The notes under the pieces are model-generated. The model saw only the letters and a list, made by a program, of their open reading frames with translations, was not told the DNA's origin and ran no database searches. Below are positions 25,925-34,069 of a DNA stretch of 42,140 nucleotides, piece by piece (within the stretch, counting starts at the first letter, position 1; the number at the start of each line of letters is the position of its first letter). The stretch covers positions 1 to 42,140 of the forward strand of contig CALEOQ010000293.1 of NCBI GenBank assembly GCA_937910255.1, in the 5' to 3' direction. The stretch comes from an uncultured Caulobacteraceae bacterium. GTDB taxonomy: Bacteria; Pseudomonadota; Alphaproteobacteria; Caulobacterales; Caulobacteraceae. The translations under genes were made by a program, and so were the position numbers.

Positions 25925-26668
25925 TTGGCCAGCGTCCACCCGCCGATCGCGTTCTACGACGAGCTCGACTCCACCAACGCCGAGGCGCGACGCAGGGCCG
26001 AGGCGGGCGAGGCCGGTCCTCAATGGATCGCGGCCCTCAACCAGACGTCAGGCCGCGGCCGGCGCGGGCGGGCCTGGGAGACGGGATCGGGCAACCTGGC
26101 CGCCACCCTGCTGATGGTCACCGACCGGCCGGCGGCCGAGGCGGCGCAGCTGTCCTTCGTCGCGGCCCTGGCCGCGGCCGACCTGGCCGCGCGTTTCCTC
26201 AGCGCCGACCTCGTGAGCGTGAAGTGGCCCAATGACCTGCTGATCGGCGGACGCAAGGCCGCGGGCATCCTGGTGGAATCGGGCGCGCGACCTGACGGGC
26301 GTATCTGGCTGGCCGTCGGCATCGGCATCAATCTCACCGCCGCGCCGGTGGCGGCCGAGCGCCCGTCGGCGACCTTCGCCGAGCACATGGCAGGGGCGCC
26401 GCCCAGTCCGCAGGACGCCCTCGAGGTCCTGGCGACGGCCTTCGAAACCTGGCGTAGTCTCTGGGCCAGCCGCGGCTTCGCCGCCATCGCCCAGGGCTGG
26501 ACCCTGCGGGCCCATGGCCTGGGCCAGCCCTGCGTCGCCCGTCTGCCGCAGGAAACCGTGGAAGGCGTGGCCGAGGGCATGGAGGCCGACGGCGCGCTGC
26601 GGCTGCGTCTGCCCGACGGCCAGATCCGGCGGATCACCGCCGGCGATGTTTTCTTTGGAGACGCCTGA
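25925..26668 (+). CDS. birA: Biotin--[acetyl-CoA-carboxylase] ligase (no HTH domain)
   Basis: [30 protein letters not shown] start. Confidence 0.95.
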   Translation: MASVHPPIAFYDELDSTNAEARRRAEAGEAGPQWIAALNQTSGRGRRGRAWETGSGNLAATLLMVTDRPAAEAAQLSFVAALAAADLAARFLSADLVSVKWPNDLLIGGRKAAGILVESGARPDGRIWLAVGIGINLTAAPVAAERPSATFAEHMAGAPPSPQDALEVLATAFETWRSLWASRGFAAIAQGWTLRAHGLGQPCVARLPQETVEGVAEGMEADGALRLRLPDGQIRRITAGDVFFGDA

Positions 26669-27441
26669 TGCTCTTGGCCATCGAACAGGGCAACACCAAC
26701 ACCCTCTTCGCCGTGCACGATGGCGAGACCTGGATCGCCCAATGGCGGGCGGCCACCGACTCTACCCGCACGGCCGATGAATACGCGGTCTGGCTCTCGC
26801 AGCTTCTGCACATGGCCGGGCTGCAGTTCGGCGTGCTCGACGCCTGCATCATCTCCAGCGTGGTGCCGCAGTCGATCTTCAACCTGCGCAATCTGGCGCG
26901 CCGCTATCTGCATGTAGAGCCCCTGGTGATTGGCGAGAACGCCAAGCTCGGGATCGCCGTGCGGATCGACAAGCCCTCGGAGGCCGGGGCCGATCGGCTG
27001 GTCAACGCCATCGGGGCCCACATCCAGTATTCCGGCCCGCTGATCGTGATCGACTCCGGCACCGCCACCACCTTCGACGTGATCGCCGAGGACGGCGGCT
27101 TCGAGGGCGGGGTGATCGCGCCGGGGATCAATCTTTCTATGGAGGCCCTGCACGCCGCGGCCGCCAAGCTGCCGCGGGTGGCGATCCAGAAGCCTCAGCA
27201 GGTGATAGGCAAGGATACGGTCGGCGCCATGCAGTCGGGCGTCTTCTGGGGCTATATCGCGCTGATCGAAGGCCTGATCACCCGCATCAAGGCCGAATGG
27301 CCGCAACCGCTGACGGTGATTGCAACCGGCGGCGTCGCTTCGCTTTTCCACGGGGCTAGTCTGGCGATCGATCACTTCGATCCCGACCTGACCATACGGG
27401 GTCTGCTGGAGATCCACCGCCGCAACCTCGGAGGCGCCTGA
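26668..27441 (+). CDS. coaX: Type III pantothenate kinase
   Basis: [40 protein letters not shown]. Confidence 0.94.
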   Translation: MLLAIEQGNTNTLFAVHDGETWIAQWRAATDSTRTADEYAVWLSQLLHMAGLQFGVLDACIISSVVPQSIFNLRNLARRYLHVEPLVIGENAKLGIAVRIDKPSEAGADRLVNAIGAHIQYSGPLIVIDSGTATTFDVIAEDGGFEGGVIAPGINLSMEALHAAAAKLPRVAIQKPQQVIGKDTVGAMQSGVFWGYIALIEGLITRIKAEWPQPLTVIATGGVASLFHGASLAIDHFDPDLTIRGLLEIHRRNLGGA

Positions 27442-29123
27442 TGGCCGCCAACAAGACCCAGGACGAACTCGTCTTCCTCCCGCTTGGGGGGTCGAACGAG
27501 ATCGGCATGAACTTCAACCTCTACGGCTTCGGGCCGCCCCATGCGCGCAAATGGATCATCGTCGATCTTGGCGTGACCTTCGGCGACCTGACGACGCCGG
27601 GCGTGGACCTGATCCTGCCGGACCCGGAATTCATCGAGGAGCATGCCGACGACATCCTCGGCATCGTCCTGACCCACGCTCATGAAGACCATATCGGCGC
27701 CGTGGCCTGGCTGTGGCCGCGCCTGCGCGCGCCGCTCTACGCCACGCCCTTCACCGCCTTCCTGCTGCGCGAGAAGCTGCGGGAGGGGGGGCTAGAGGGC
27801 CAGGTGGAGATCAATGTGGTGCCGCTGGGCGGCCGCGTGACCCTTGGTCCGTTCGAGATCGACCTGATCACCCTGACCCACTCGATTCCCGAGCCCAATG
27901 GCCTCTCCATCCGCACGCCGCTGGGCACGGTGCTGCACACCGGCGACTGGAAGATCGATCCCGATCCGGTGCTGGGCGAGGCCACCGACGAGACCTTCAT
28001 CCGCCAACTGGGCGACGAGGGCGTCCTGGCCATGGTGTGCGACTCCACCAATGTCTTCGTCGAGGGCGAGTCCGGCTCCGAGGCCGATGTGCGCGACGCG
28101 CTGGCCCGCCTGATCGGCGAGCTGAAGGGCAAGGTCGCCGTCGCCTGCTTCGCCTCCAACGTGGCGCGGATGGATTCGGTGATCCGGGCCGCGGAGGCCA
28201 ATGGTCGACGGGTCTGCCTGGTGGGACGTTCCATGCACCGCATGGCGGCGGCCGCCCGGTCGGTCGGCCTGTTCAAGGGCCTGAAGGACTTCGTCAATGA
28301 GAGCGAGGCCGGCTACTTCCCCGCCGACTCCATCCTCTATCTCTGCACCGGCAGCCAGGGGGAGGCCCGCGCCGCCCTGTCGCGGATCTCCGAGGGGACC
28401 CATCCCCATGTGAACCTGGGCAAGGGCGACTCCTGCGTCTTCTCCTCGCGGGTCATCCCGGGCAATGAGATCGCCATCCGCAACCTGCAGAACCGCATGG
28501 CCGACCGCGGCGTGCGGCTCTACACCGACAACGACCACCCAGGCATCCACGTTTCGGGCCATCCCTGCCGGGACGAGCTGGCGCGCATGTACGCCTGGGC
28601 CCGTCCGCAGATCGCCATCCCCACCCACGGGGAGCGCCGTCACCTGCTGGAGCATGCGGCCTTCGCCCGGGACCTTCAGGTTCCCCAGACTGTCGCGCCG
28701 CGCAATGGCGACATGGTGCGCCTGGCGCCCGGCCGCGCCGAGATCATCGACGAGACGCCGGCCGGCCGGCTCTATGTCGACGCCAATGTGGTGGTCAGCG
28801 AGAACGGCGAGGCCCTGCGCGAGCGCCGTCATGCGGCCCACAACGGCGTGGTGACGGTGGCGGTCGCCCTGGACAGCCGCGGCAAGATCACCTCGGGACC
28901 GCAGGTGCGCGCCATCGGCATGCCCACGGACGACGACTATCCCCTGGACGAAGCCCTGGATGATCTGGCCGAAGAGGCCGAGCGCGCCCTGTCGCGCCTG
29001 TCCGGCGCCGACCGGGATCTGGACCAGGCCGTCGAAACCGCCATGTCCCGGGCCGTCAAGAAGGCCTGCCAGCGGGTATGGGGCCGCCGTCCCGTGGTCG
29101 AGACCACGGTGCTGCGACTTTAG
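27441..29123 (+). CDS. rnj: Ribonuclease J
   Basis: PLGGSNEIGMN, THAHEDHIG, HSIPE, HTGDWK, TGSQGE, HVSGH (MBL/beta-CASP). Confidence 0.96.
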   Translation: MAANKTQDELVFLPLGGSNEIGMNFNLYGFGPPHARKWIIVDLGVTFGDLTTPGVDLILPDPEFIEEHADDILGIVLTHAHEDHIGAVAWLWPRLRAPLYATPFTAFLLREKLREGGLEGQVEINVVPLGGRVTLGPFEIDLITLTHSIPEPNGLSIRTPLGTVLHTGDWKIDPDPVLGEATDETFIRQLGDEGVLAMVCDSTNVFVEGESGSEADVRDALARLIGELKGKVAVACFASNVARMDSVIRAAEANGRRVCLVGRSMHRMAAAARSVGLFKGLKDFVNESEAGYFPADSILYLCTGSQGEARAALSRISEGTHPHVNLGKGDSCVFSSRVIPGNEIAIRNLQNRMADRGVRLYTDNDHPGIHVSGHPCRDELARMYAWARPQIAIPTHGERRHLLEHAAFARDLQVPQTVAPRNGDMVRLAPGRAEIIDETPAGRLYVDANVVVSENGEALRERRHAAHNGVVTVAVALDSRGKITSGPQVRAIGMPTDDDYPLDEALDDLAEEAERALSRLSGADRDLDQAVETAMSRAVKKACQRVWGRRPVVETTVLRL

Positions 29124-29164
29124 GGTCTTCGCGCCCTAGGGTCAGGGGGCGTATACCGAGCCCC

Positions 29165-29587
29165 ATGATCGGGAAACTGAACCATGTGGGGGTCGCCACC
29201 CCCTCCATCGACGACGCCGTGCGCATGTATCGCGACGTGCTGGGCGCCACCTCCATCACCGAGAAATGGGCCATGGAGGAGCAGGGGGTCTGGGTCTGCT
29301 TCGTCAACCTGCCCAATTCGCAGATCGAGCTGATCGAGCCCCTGGGCGAGAATTCCCCGCTGATCGGCTTCCTGGCCAAGAACCCGGCCGGCGGTCAGCA
29401 TCACATCTGCTTCGAGGTCGAGGACATCCTGGCGGCCCGCGACGACATGCGGGCCAAGGGCGCCACCGTGCTGGGCACGGGCGAGCCGCGGATCGGCGCC
29501 CATGGGACGCCGGTGATCTTCGTCCACCCCAAGAACATGGGCGGGGTGCTGGTGGAACTGATGGAAACGCCGAAGGAGGCCCACTGA
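29165..29587 (+). CDS. mce: Methylmalonyl-CoA epimerase (VOC fold)
   Basis: [48 protein letters not shown]. Confidence 0.92.
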   Translation: MIGKLNHVGVATPSIDDAVRMYRDVLGATSITEKWAMEEQGVWVCFVNLPNSQIELIEPLGENSPLIGFLAKNPAGGQHHICFEVEDILAARDDMRAKGATVLGTGEPRIGAHGTPVIFVHPKNMGGVLVELMETPKEAH

Positions 29588-29847
29588 TGGGCGTGACGAC
29601 CGCGATTGCGACCTATCTGATCATCTGGTGGGTGGTGCTGTTCGCCGTCCTGCCGCTGGGCACCATCAGCCACGCCGAGGCCGGCATCGACAAGGGCGAC
29701 GGCGGCGACCCCGGCGCGCCGGTGGATCCCAAGCTCAAGCGCAAGTTCATCACCACCACCTGGGTCTCGGCCATCGTATTCGTGATCGTCTGGGCGGTGA
29801 TCTGGTCGGGCGTCATTCCCATGCCCACAGGGCCGTCGAACTTCTAG
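29587..29847 (+). CDS. DUF1467-like small membrane protein (86 aa)
   Basis: [16 protein letters not shown]...[16 protein letters not shown]; usual position between mce and proS in alphaproteobacteria. Confidence 0.85.
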   Translation: MGVTTAIATYLIIWWVVLFAVLPLGTISHAEAGIDKGDGGDPGAPVDPKLKRKFITTTWVSAIVFVIVWAVIWSGVIPMPTGPSNF

Positions 29848-30030
29848 GCCTGGGGCTGGCGCCCAGGCCTTGCGCGGCCGCCGGCCGCAACGCCTGCAAA
29901 TTGGGCGAACGCCGCGCCTCTTTCGAACCTGCGCCCGAGATGGGCGCGTATCCGATGTTACAGGGGTTACAACGGCCTCAGCCAAGCGGCGTCGCCGGCT
30001 TGCGTAGCGTTTTCCCCGATGACCAACTTG

Positions 30031-30066
30031 GAGGCCGCCCGCCTTTGCGCCGGCGGCCTTCTTTTC
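30031..30066 (+). terminator. Terminator-like hairpin in the DUF1467-proS spacer
   Basis: GAGGCCGCC/GGCGGCCTT stem followed by CTTTTC. Confidence 0.5.
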
Positions 30067-30146
30067 GACGCTTCGATTGCCAAGGTCAGACGCGCAGGGC
30101 TAATCAGGGCCTATTCCGAAGAGTCTGGTACGAAGGCCCCGAACGC

Positions 30147-31463
30147 ATGCGTCTTTCGCGTTATTTCATTCCCACGCTGCGTGAGGCGCCCTCCGACGCC
30201 CAGATCGCCTCGCACCAGCTGATGCTGCGCGCCGGAATGATCCGCCAGGAAGCGGCGGGCATCTATGCCTGGCTGCCGCTCGGCCTTCGGGTCCTGAAGA
30301 AGATCGAGCAGATCGTCCGCGAGGAAATGGACCGGGCCGGCGCCATCGAGGTGCTGATGCCCACCCTGCAGCTGGCCGACCTGTGGCGCGAGAGCGGGCG
30401 CTATGACGATTATGGCGACGAGATGCTGCGCATCACCGACCGCCACGAGCGCGACCTGCTCTATGGGCCCACCGCCGAAGAGGTGATCACCGAAATCTTC
30501 CGGGCCCACGTGAAGAGCTACAAGGACCTGCCGAAGAACTTCTACAACATCCAGTGGAAGTTCCGCGACGAGCGCCGCCCCCGGTTCGGGGTGATGCGCG
30601 GGCGGGAGTTCCTGATGAAGGACGCCTATTCCTTCGATATCGACGAGGCTGCCGCCCGCCGATCCTACAACCGCATGTTCGTGGCCTATCTGAACACCTT
30701 CGCCCGCCTCGGCCTGAAGGCGGTGCCCATGCGGGCCGACCCCGGCCCCATCGGCGGCGATCTGAGCCACGAATTCATCATCCTGGCCGAGACCGGCGAG
30801 AGCCAGGTCTTCTGCCATCGCGACCTGGTGGAAATGCCGCCCCCTGGCGACGTCGACTGGGACGGCGATCTGCAGCCCATCGTCGACCAGCGCACCGCCC
30901 TCTATGCGGCCACCGAGGACATGCACGAGCAGGCGCGCTTTGAGTCCGAGGTCGCCGAGTCCGACCGCCTGTCGGCCCGCGGCATCGAGGTCGGCCACAT
31001 CTTCTATTTCGGTGAGAAGTATTCCAAGCCCATGCGCGCCGTGGTCACCGGGCCTGACGGCCAGGAGCGGCCGATCCATGGCGGCTCCTATGGCGTCGGC
31101 GTCTCGCGTCTGGTGGGCGGCATCATCGAGGCCAGCCATGACGAGGCCGGCATCGTCTGGCCCGAGTCCGTGGCGCCGTTCGGCGTGGCGGTGATCAACC
31201 TGCGGCCCGGCGACGCGGCGGTGGATCTGGCCTGCGAGCAGGCCTATGGCGCCCTGCGCGACGCCGGCAAGGACCCGCTGCTGGACGACACCGACGAACG
31301 GCCCGGCGCCAAGTTCGCCGCCATGGATCTGATCGGCGTGCCCTGGCAGCTGATCATCGGCCCCAAGGGCGTCGCTGAGGGCAAGGTCGAGATCAAGCGC
31401 CGCGCCACCGGCGAGCGCCAGTCCCTGCCGCTGGAAGACGCGCTCAAGGCGATCATCGCGTGA
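30147..31463 (+). CDS. proS: Proline--tRNA ligase, short form lacking the INS editing domain (438 aa)
   Basis: [55 protein letters not shown]. Confidence 0.97.
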   Translation: MRLSRYFIPTLREAPSDAQIASHQLMLRAGMIRQEAAGIYAWLPLGLRVLKKIEQIVREEMDRAGAIEVLMPTLQLADLWRESGRYDDYGDEMLRITDRHERDLLYGPTAEEVITEIFRAHVKSYKDLPKNFYNIQWKFRDERRPRFGVMRGREFLMKDAYSFDIDEAAARRSYNRMFVAYLNTFARLGLKAVPMRADPGPIGGDLSHEFIILAETGESQVFCHRDLVEMPPPGDVDWDGDLQPIVDQRTALYAATEDMHEQARFESEVAESDRLSARGIEVGHIFYFGEKYSKPMRAVVTGPDGQERPIHGGSYGVGVSRLVGGIIEASHDEAGIVWPESVAPFGVAVINLRPGDAAVDLACEQAYGALRDAGKDPLLDDTDERPGAKFAAMDLIGVPWQLIIGPKGVAEGKVEIKRRATGERQSLPLEDALKAIIA

Positions 31464-32734
31464 GCGGCGTGGCGCCGCCCTTCGGGCGCTGGGAGCGGAT
31501 GCTCGCCGGCCGATACCTGCGCGCCAAGCGCAGCCAGGGCGGCGTGGCGCTGATCTCGATCATCTCCTTCGTCGGCATCATGCTGGCTGTCGCGGTGCTG
31601 ATCATCGTCATGTCGGTGATGAACGGCTTCCGGACCGAGCTGCTCGACCGCACCCTCGGCTTCAATGGCCACGTCTTCGTCTCCGGGGGTTCGCTCTACG
31701 ATCCCGAGGTGCGCACCCTGGCCGGCGAGATCGCCGCCCTGGACGGCGTGACCCAGGCCGCCCCCCTGATCGAGGCCCAGGCCATGGCGCTCGGCCAGGG
31801 GCAGATCAGCGGCGCCGTGGTCCGCGGCATCAGCGAGGCTGATCTGCGCCGCACCGAGATCGTGTCGGGCAATATCGTCCGCGGCTCCCTTGAAGGCTTT
31901 GGCGAGGGCGAATATGGCGGCGATCTGGTGCTGATCGGCGACCGGCTGGCCGAGACGCTCGGGGTCGGCCCCGGCGATCCGCTGACCCTGATCTCGCCCA
32001 GCGGCGGGGCGACGGCCTTTGGCTATACGCCGCAGCGCAAGACCTACACGGTCGGCGGCACCTTCAGCGTCGGCATGAGCGAGTACGACCAGCTCTTCAT
32101 CTACATGCCCCTGGAGCAGGCCCAGCTGTTCTTCGCCCGCGAGGGCATGGTCGATGTGGTCGAGGTCCGGGTGGACGATCCCGACCGGGCCCCGGCCATG
32201 AAGGCGGCGATCGCCGAACTGGCGGGTCCTGTGGCCATCGTCACCGACTGGACCCAGCGCAACGCCAGCTTCTGGAACGCCCTGAAGATCGAGCGCAGCG
32301 TCATGCGCCTGATCCTGATGCTGATCGTGGCCATTGCGGCCATGAACATCATTTCGGGCCTGGTTATGCTGGTGAAGAACAAGGGCCGCGACATCGCCAT
32401 CCTGCGCACCATGGGCGCCGGGCGTGGGGCGATCCTGCGCATCTTCTTCATGGCCGGGGCTTCGGTCGGCGCGCTTGGCACGATCGTGGGCCTGGTGCTT
32501 GGGGTGCTGTTCTGCCTGTTCATCGGCCCCATCCAGAACTTCGTGGAATGGGTCACCGGCGCCGAGGTGTTCAGCTCCGACATCTATTACCTGGCCCACA
32601 TTCCCGCCAAGGTCGACGCCGTCGAGGTGATGATCGTGGTGGGCTGGGCTTTGGCCGTCTCCTTCCTCGCCACCCTGCCGCCGGCCCTGCGGGCGTCGCG
32701 TCTCGATCCGGTGGAAGCCCTTCGCTATGAGTGA
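31460..32734 (+). CDS. lolE: Lipoprotein-releasing ABC transporter permease (LolC/E/F family)
   Basis: [35 protein letters not shown]; adjacent to lolD. Confidence 0.93.
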   Translation: MSGVAPPFGRWERMLAGRYLRAKRSQGGVALISIISFVGIMLAVAVLIIVMSVMNGFRTELLDRTLGFNGHVFVSGGSLYDPEVRTLAGEIAALDGVTQAAPLIEAQAMALGQGQISGAVVRGISEADLRRTEIVSGNIVRGSLEGFGEGEYGGDLVLIGDRLAETLGVGPGDPLTLISPSGGATAFGYTPQRKTYTVGGTFSVGMSEYDQLFIYMPLEQAQLFFAREGMVDVVEVRVDDPDRAPAMKAAIAELAGPVAIVTDWTQRNASFWNALKIERSVMRLILMLIVAIAAMNIISGLVMLVKNKGRDIAILRTMGAGRGAILRIFFMAGASVGALGTIVGLVLGVLFCLFIGPIQNFVEWVTGAEVFSSDIYYLAHIPAKVDAVEVMIVVGWALAVSFLATLPPALRASRLDPVEALRYE

Positions 32735-33419
32735 CACCCCCATCCTGTCCGTCCGCGGCCTGGAGCGGACCTATGTCACCGGCGATCGCCGCCTGACGGT
32801 GCTGCAAGGCGTCGACATCGACGTGTCGCCAGGCGAGATCGTTGGGCTGATCGGCCCTTCAGGGTCGGGCAAGTCGTCGCTGCTACATGCGGCCGGCCTG
32901 CTGGAGCGGCCCAACGCCGGGTCGATCCTGATCGACGGCCGCGACTGTTCGGTCCTGAACGAGCGGGCGCGCACCCGGGTGCGGCTGGCCTCGATCGGCT
33001 TCGTCTACCAGTTCCACCACCTGCTGGCGGAGTTCAGCGCCCTGGACAATGTGGCCCTGCCGCTGATGATCGCCGGCGAAAGCCATGAGGCGGCGCGGGC
33101 CCGGGCCGGGGTTCTGTTGAGCCAGCTAGGTCTTGGCGAACGGGTGGACCACCAGCCGGCGCAGATGTCGGGCGGTGAACAGCAGCGGGTGGCCATCGCC
33201 CGGGCGCTGGCCAACCGGCCGCGGCTGCTGCTGGCCGACGAGCCCACCGGCAACCTAGATCCCAACACCTCGGCCGAGGTGTTCGCCAGCCTTTACGAAC
33301 TGGTCCGCGAGACCGGGGTGGCGGCGCTGATCGCCACCCACAATCTCGAACTGGCCCGTCACATGGACCGCGTCCTGGCGCTCAAGGACGGTCACCTGGA
33401 GCCGCAGTCGATCTTCTAG
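32727..33419 (+). CDS. lolD: Lipoprotein-releasing ABC transporter ATP-binding protein
   Basis: [18 protein letters not shown] (LolD motif), [17 protein letters not shown]. Confidence 0.95.
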   Translation: MSDTPILSVRGLERTYVTGDRRLTVLQGVDIDVSPGEIVGLIGPSGSGKSSLLHAAGLLERPNAGSILIDGRDCSVLNERARTRVRLASIGFVYQFHHLLAEFSALDNVALPLMIAGESHEAARARAGVLLSQLGLGERVDHQPAQMSGGEQQRVAIARALANRPRLLLADEPTGNLDPNTSAEVFASLYELVRETGVAALIATHNLELARHMDRVLALKDGHLEPQSIF

Positions 33420-33847
33420 GCTTCATCGGCCTGGAAGGTGGTCGACCCGTCGGCGCCGATGATCGCGCCGGGGTTGTGGGCCACCTCCCACACATGGCCG
33501 TCGGGGTCGGCGAAGTAGCCGGAATAGCCGCCCCAGAAAACCGGCTCAGGCGGCTTCAGCGCCTTGGCCCCAGCCGCCAGCGCCTGGGCGAACATGGCGT
33601 CCACCTCCTCGCGGGAGCGGCCGTTGATGGCGATGGTGACGCCGCTGAAGCGCCCGTCGATCGGATGCCTGGCGTCCTCAGCCAGGGCCTCGCGGCCAAA
33701 CAGCCCCAGGGCCAAGCCCGGCAACTGATAGAAACACACGCTGTCGTGCGCGCTGACCGGGGTCCAGCCGAGGCCGTCTTCGTAGAAGGCGCGCGCCCGG
33801 GGAAGATCGTCCACGCCGAGGGTGATCAGGCTGAGGCGTTGGTCCAT
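33416..33847 (-). CDS. VOC/glyoxalase-family protein (143 aa)
   Basis: LSLITLGVDDLPRARAFYEDGLGW...FWGGYSGYFADPDGHVWEVAHNP. ATG 33847 with GGAG RBS. Confidence 0.9.
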   Translation of the reverse strand: MDQRLSLITLGVDDLPRARAFYEDGLGWTPVSAHDSVCFYQLPGLALGLFGREALAEDARHPIDGRFSGVTIAINGRSREEVDAMFAQALAAGAKALKPPEPVFWGGYSGYFADPDGHVWEVAHNPGAIIGADGSTTFQADEA

Positions 33848-33878
33848 GGCGGGGCTCCAAGAGGTGTTCACAGGTGGG

Positions 33879-33921
33879 TTGACAGGGGAGAACAAAACCA
33901 GAATAAGAACATATATGGAAC
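33879..33921 (+). promoter_or_regulatory. SOS promoter: TTGACA -35 plus two alphaproteobacterial LexA boxes
   Basis: TTGACA 33879-33884; GAAC-N7-GAAT 33890-33904; perfect GAAC-N7-GAAC 33907-33921 (reverse complement of GTTC-N7-GTTC). Confidence 0.88.
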
Positions 33922-33940
33922 ATCCACAAGGGGCTGCGTG

Positions 33941-34033
33941 ATGATCATTCTTCTGGCGCGGGAATCGCTGGCATTTGTCGCTGTGGCGAGCTTCGTAGGT
34001 ATGGTCTGTCAGTTCGCGTTTCTGGTCGGCTGA
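33941..34033 (+). CDS. sidA: SOS-induced cell division inhibitor SidA-like peptide (30 aa, MIILLARESLAFVAVASFVGMVCQFAFLVG)
   Basis: Single hydrophobic helix with an ARES motif resembling Caulobacter SidA, AAGGGG RBS, LexA boxes upstream, and the same position immediately before dnaE. Confidence 0.87.
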   Translation: MIILLARESLAFVAVASFVGMVCQFAFLVG

Positions 34034-34069
34034 CGGGGCGGGGCCATGGCTCGCGTGTCGGAGGCTCGA

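Noticed and set aside
29956-29971. Possible CtrA box
   Set aside because: TTAC-N5-TTAC does not fit TTAA-N7-TTAA.
29628-30146. 173-aa N-terminal extension of ProRS suggested by the ORF track
   Set aside because: It overlaps the DUF1467 gene, has non-coding-like composition, and homology begins at MRLSRYF. Similar false extensions were trimmed from clpX, lon, hupB, several nuo genes, marR and the VOC gene.
30147-33419. ProRS without editing domain; single LolC/E permease; also the HTH-less BirA upstream
   Set aside because: All are the ordinary alphaproteobacterial forms.
33866-33881. Third LexA box (GTTC...GTTG)
   Set aside because: Spacer is 8 nt rather than 7 and the second half-site is mismatched.
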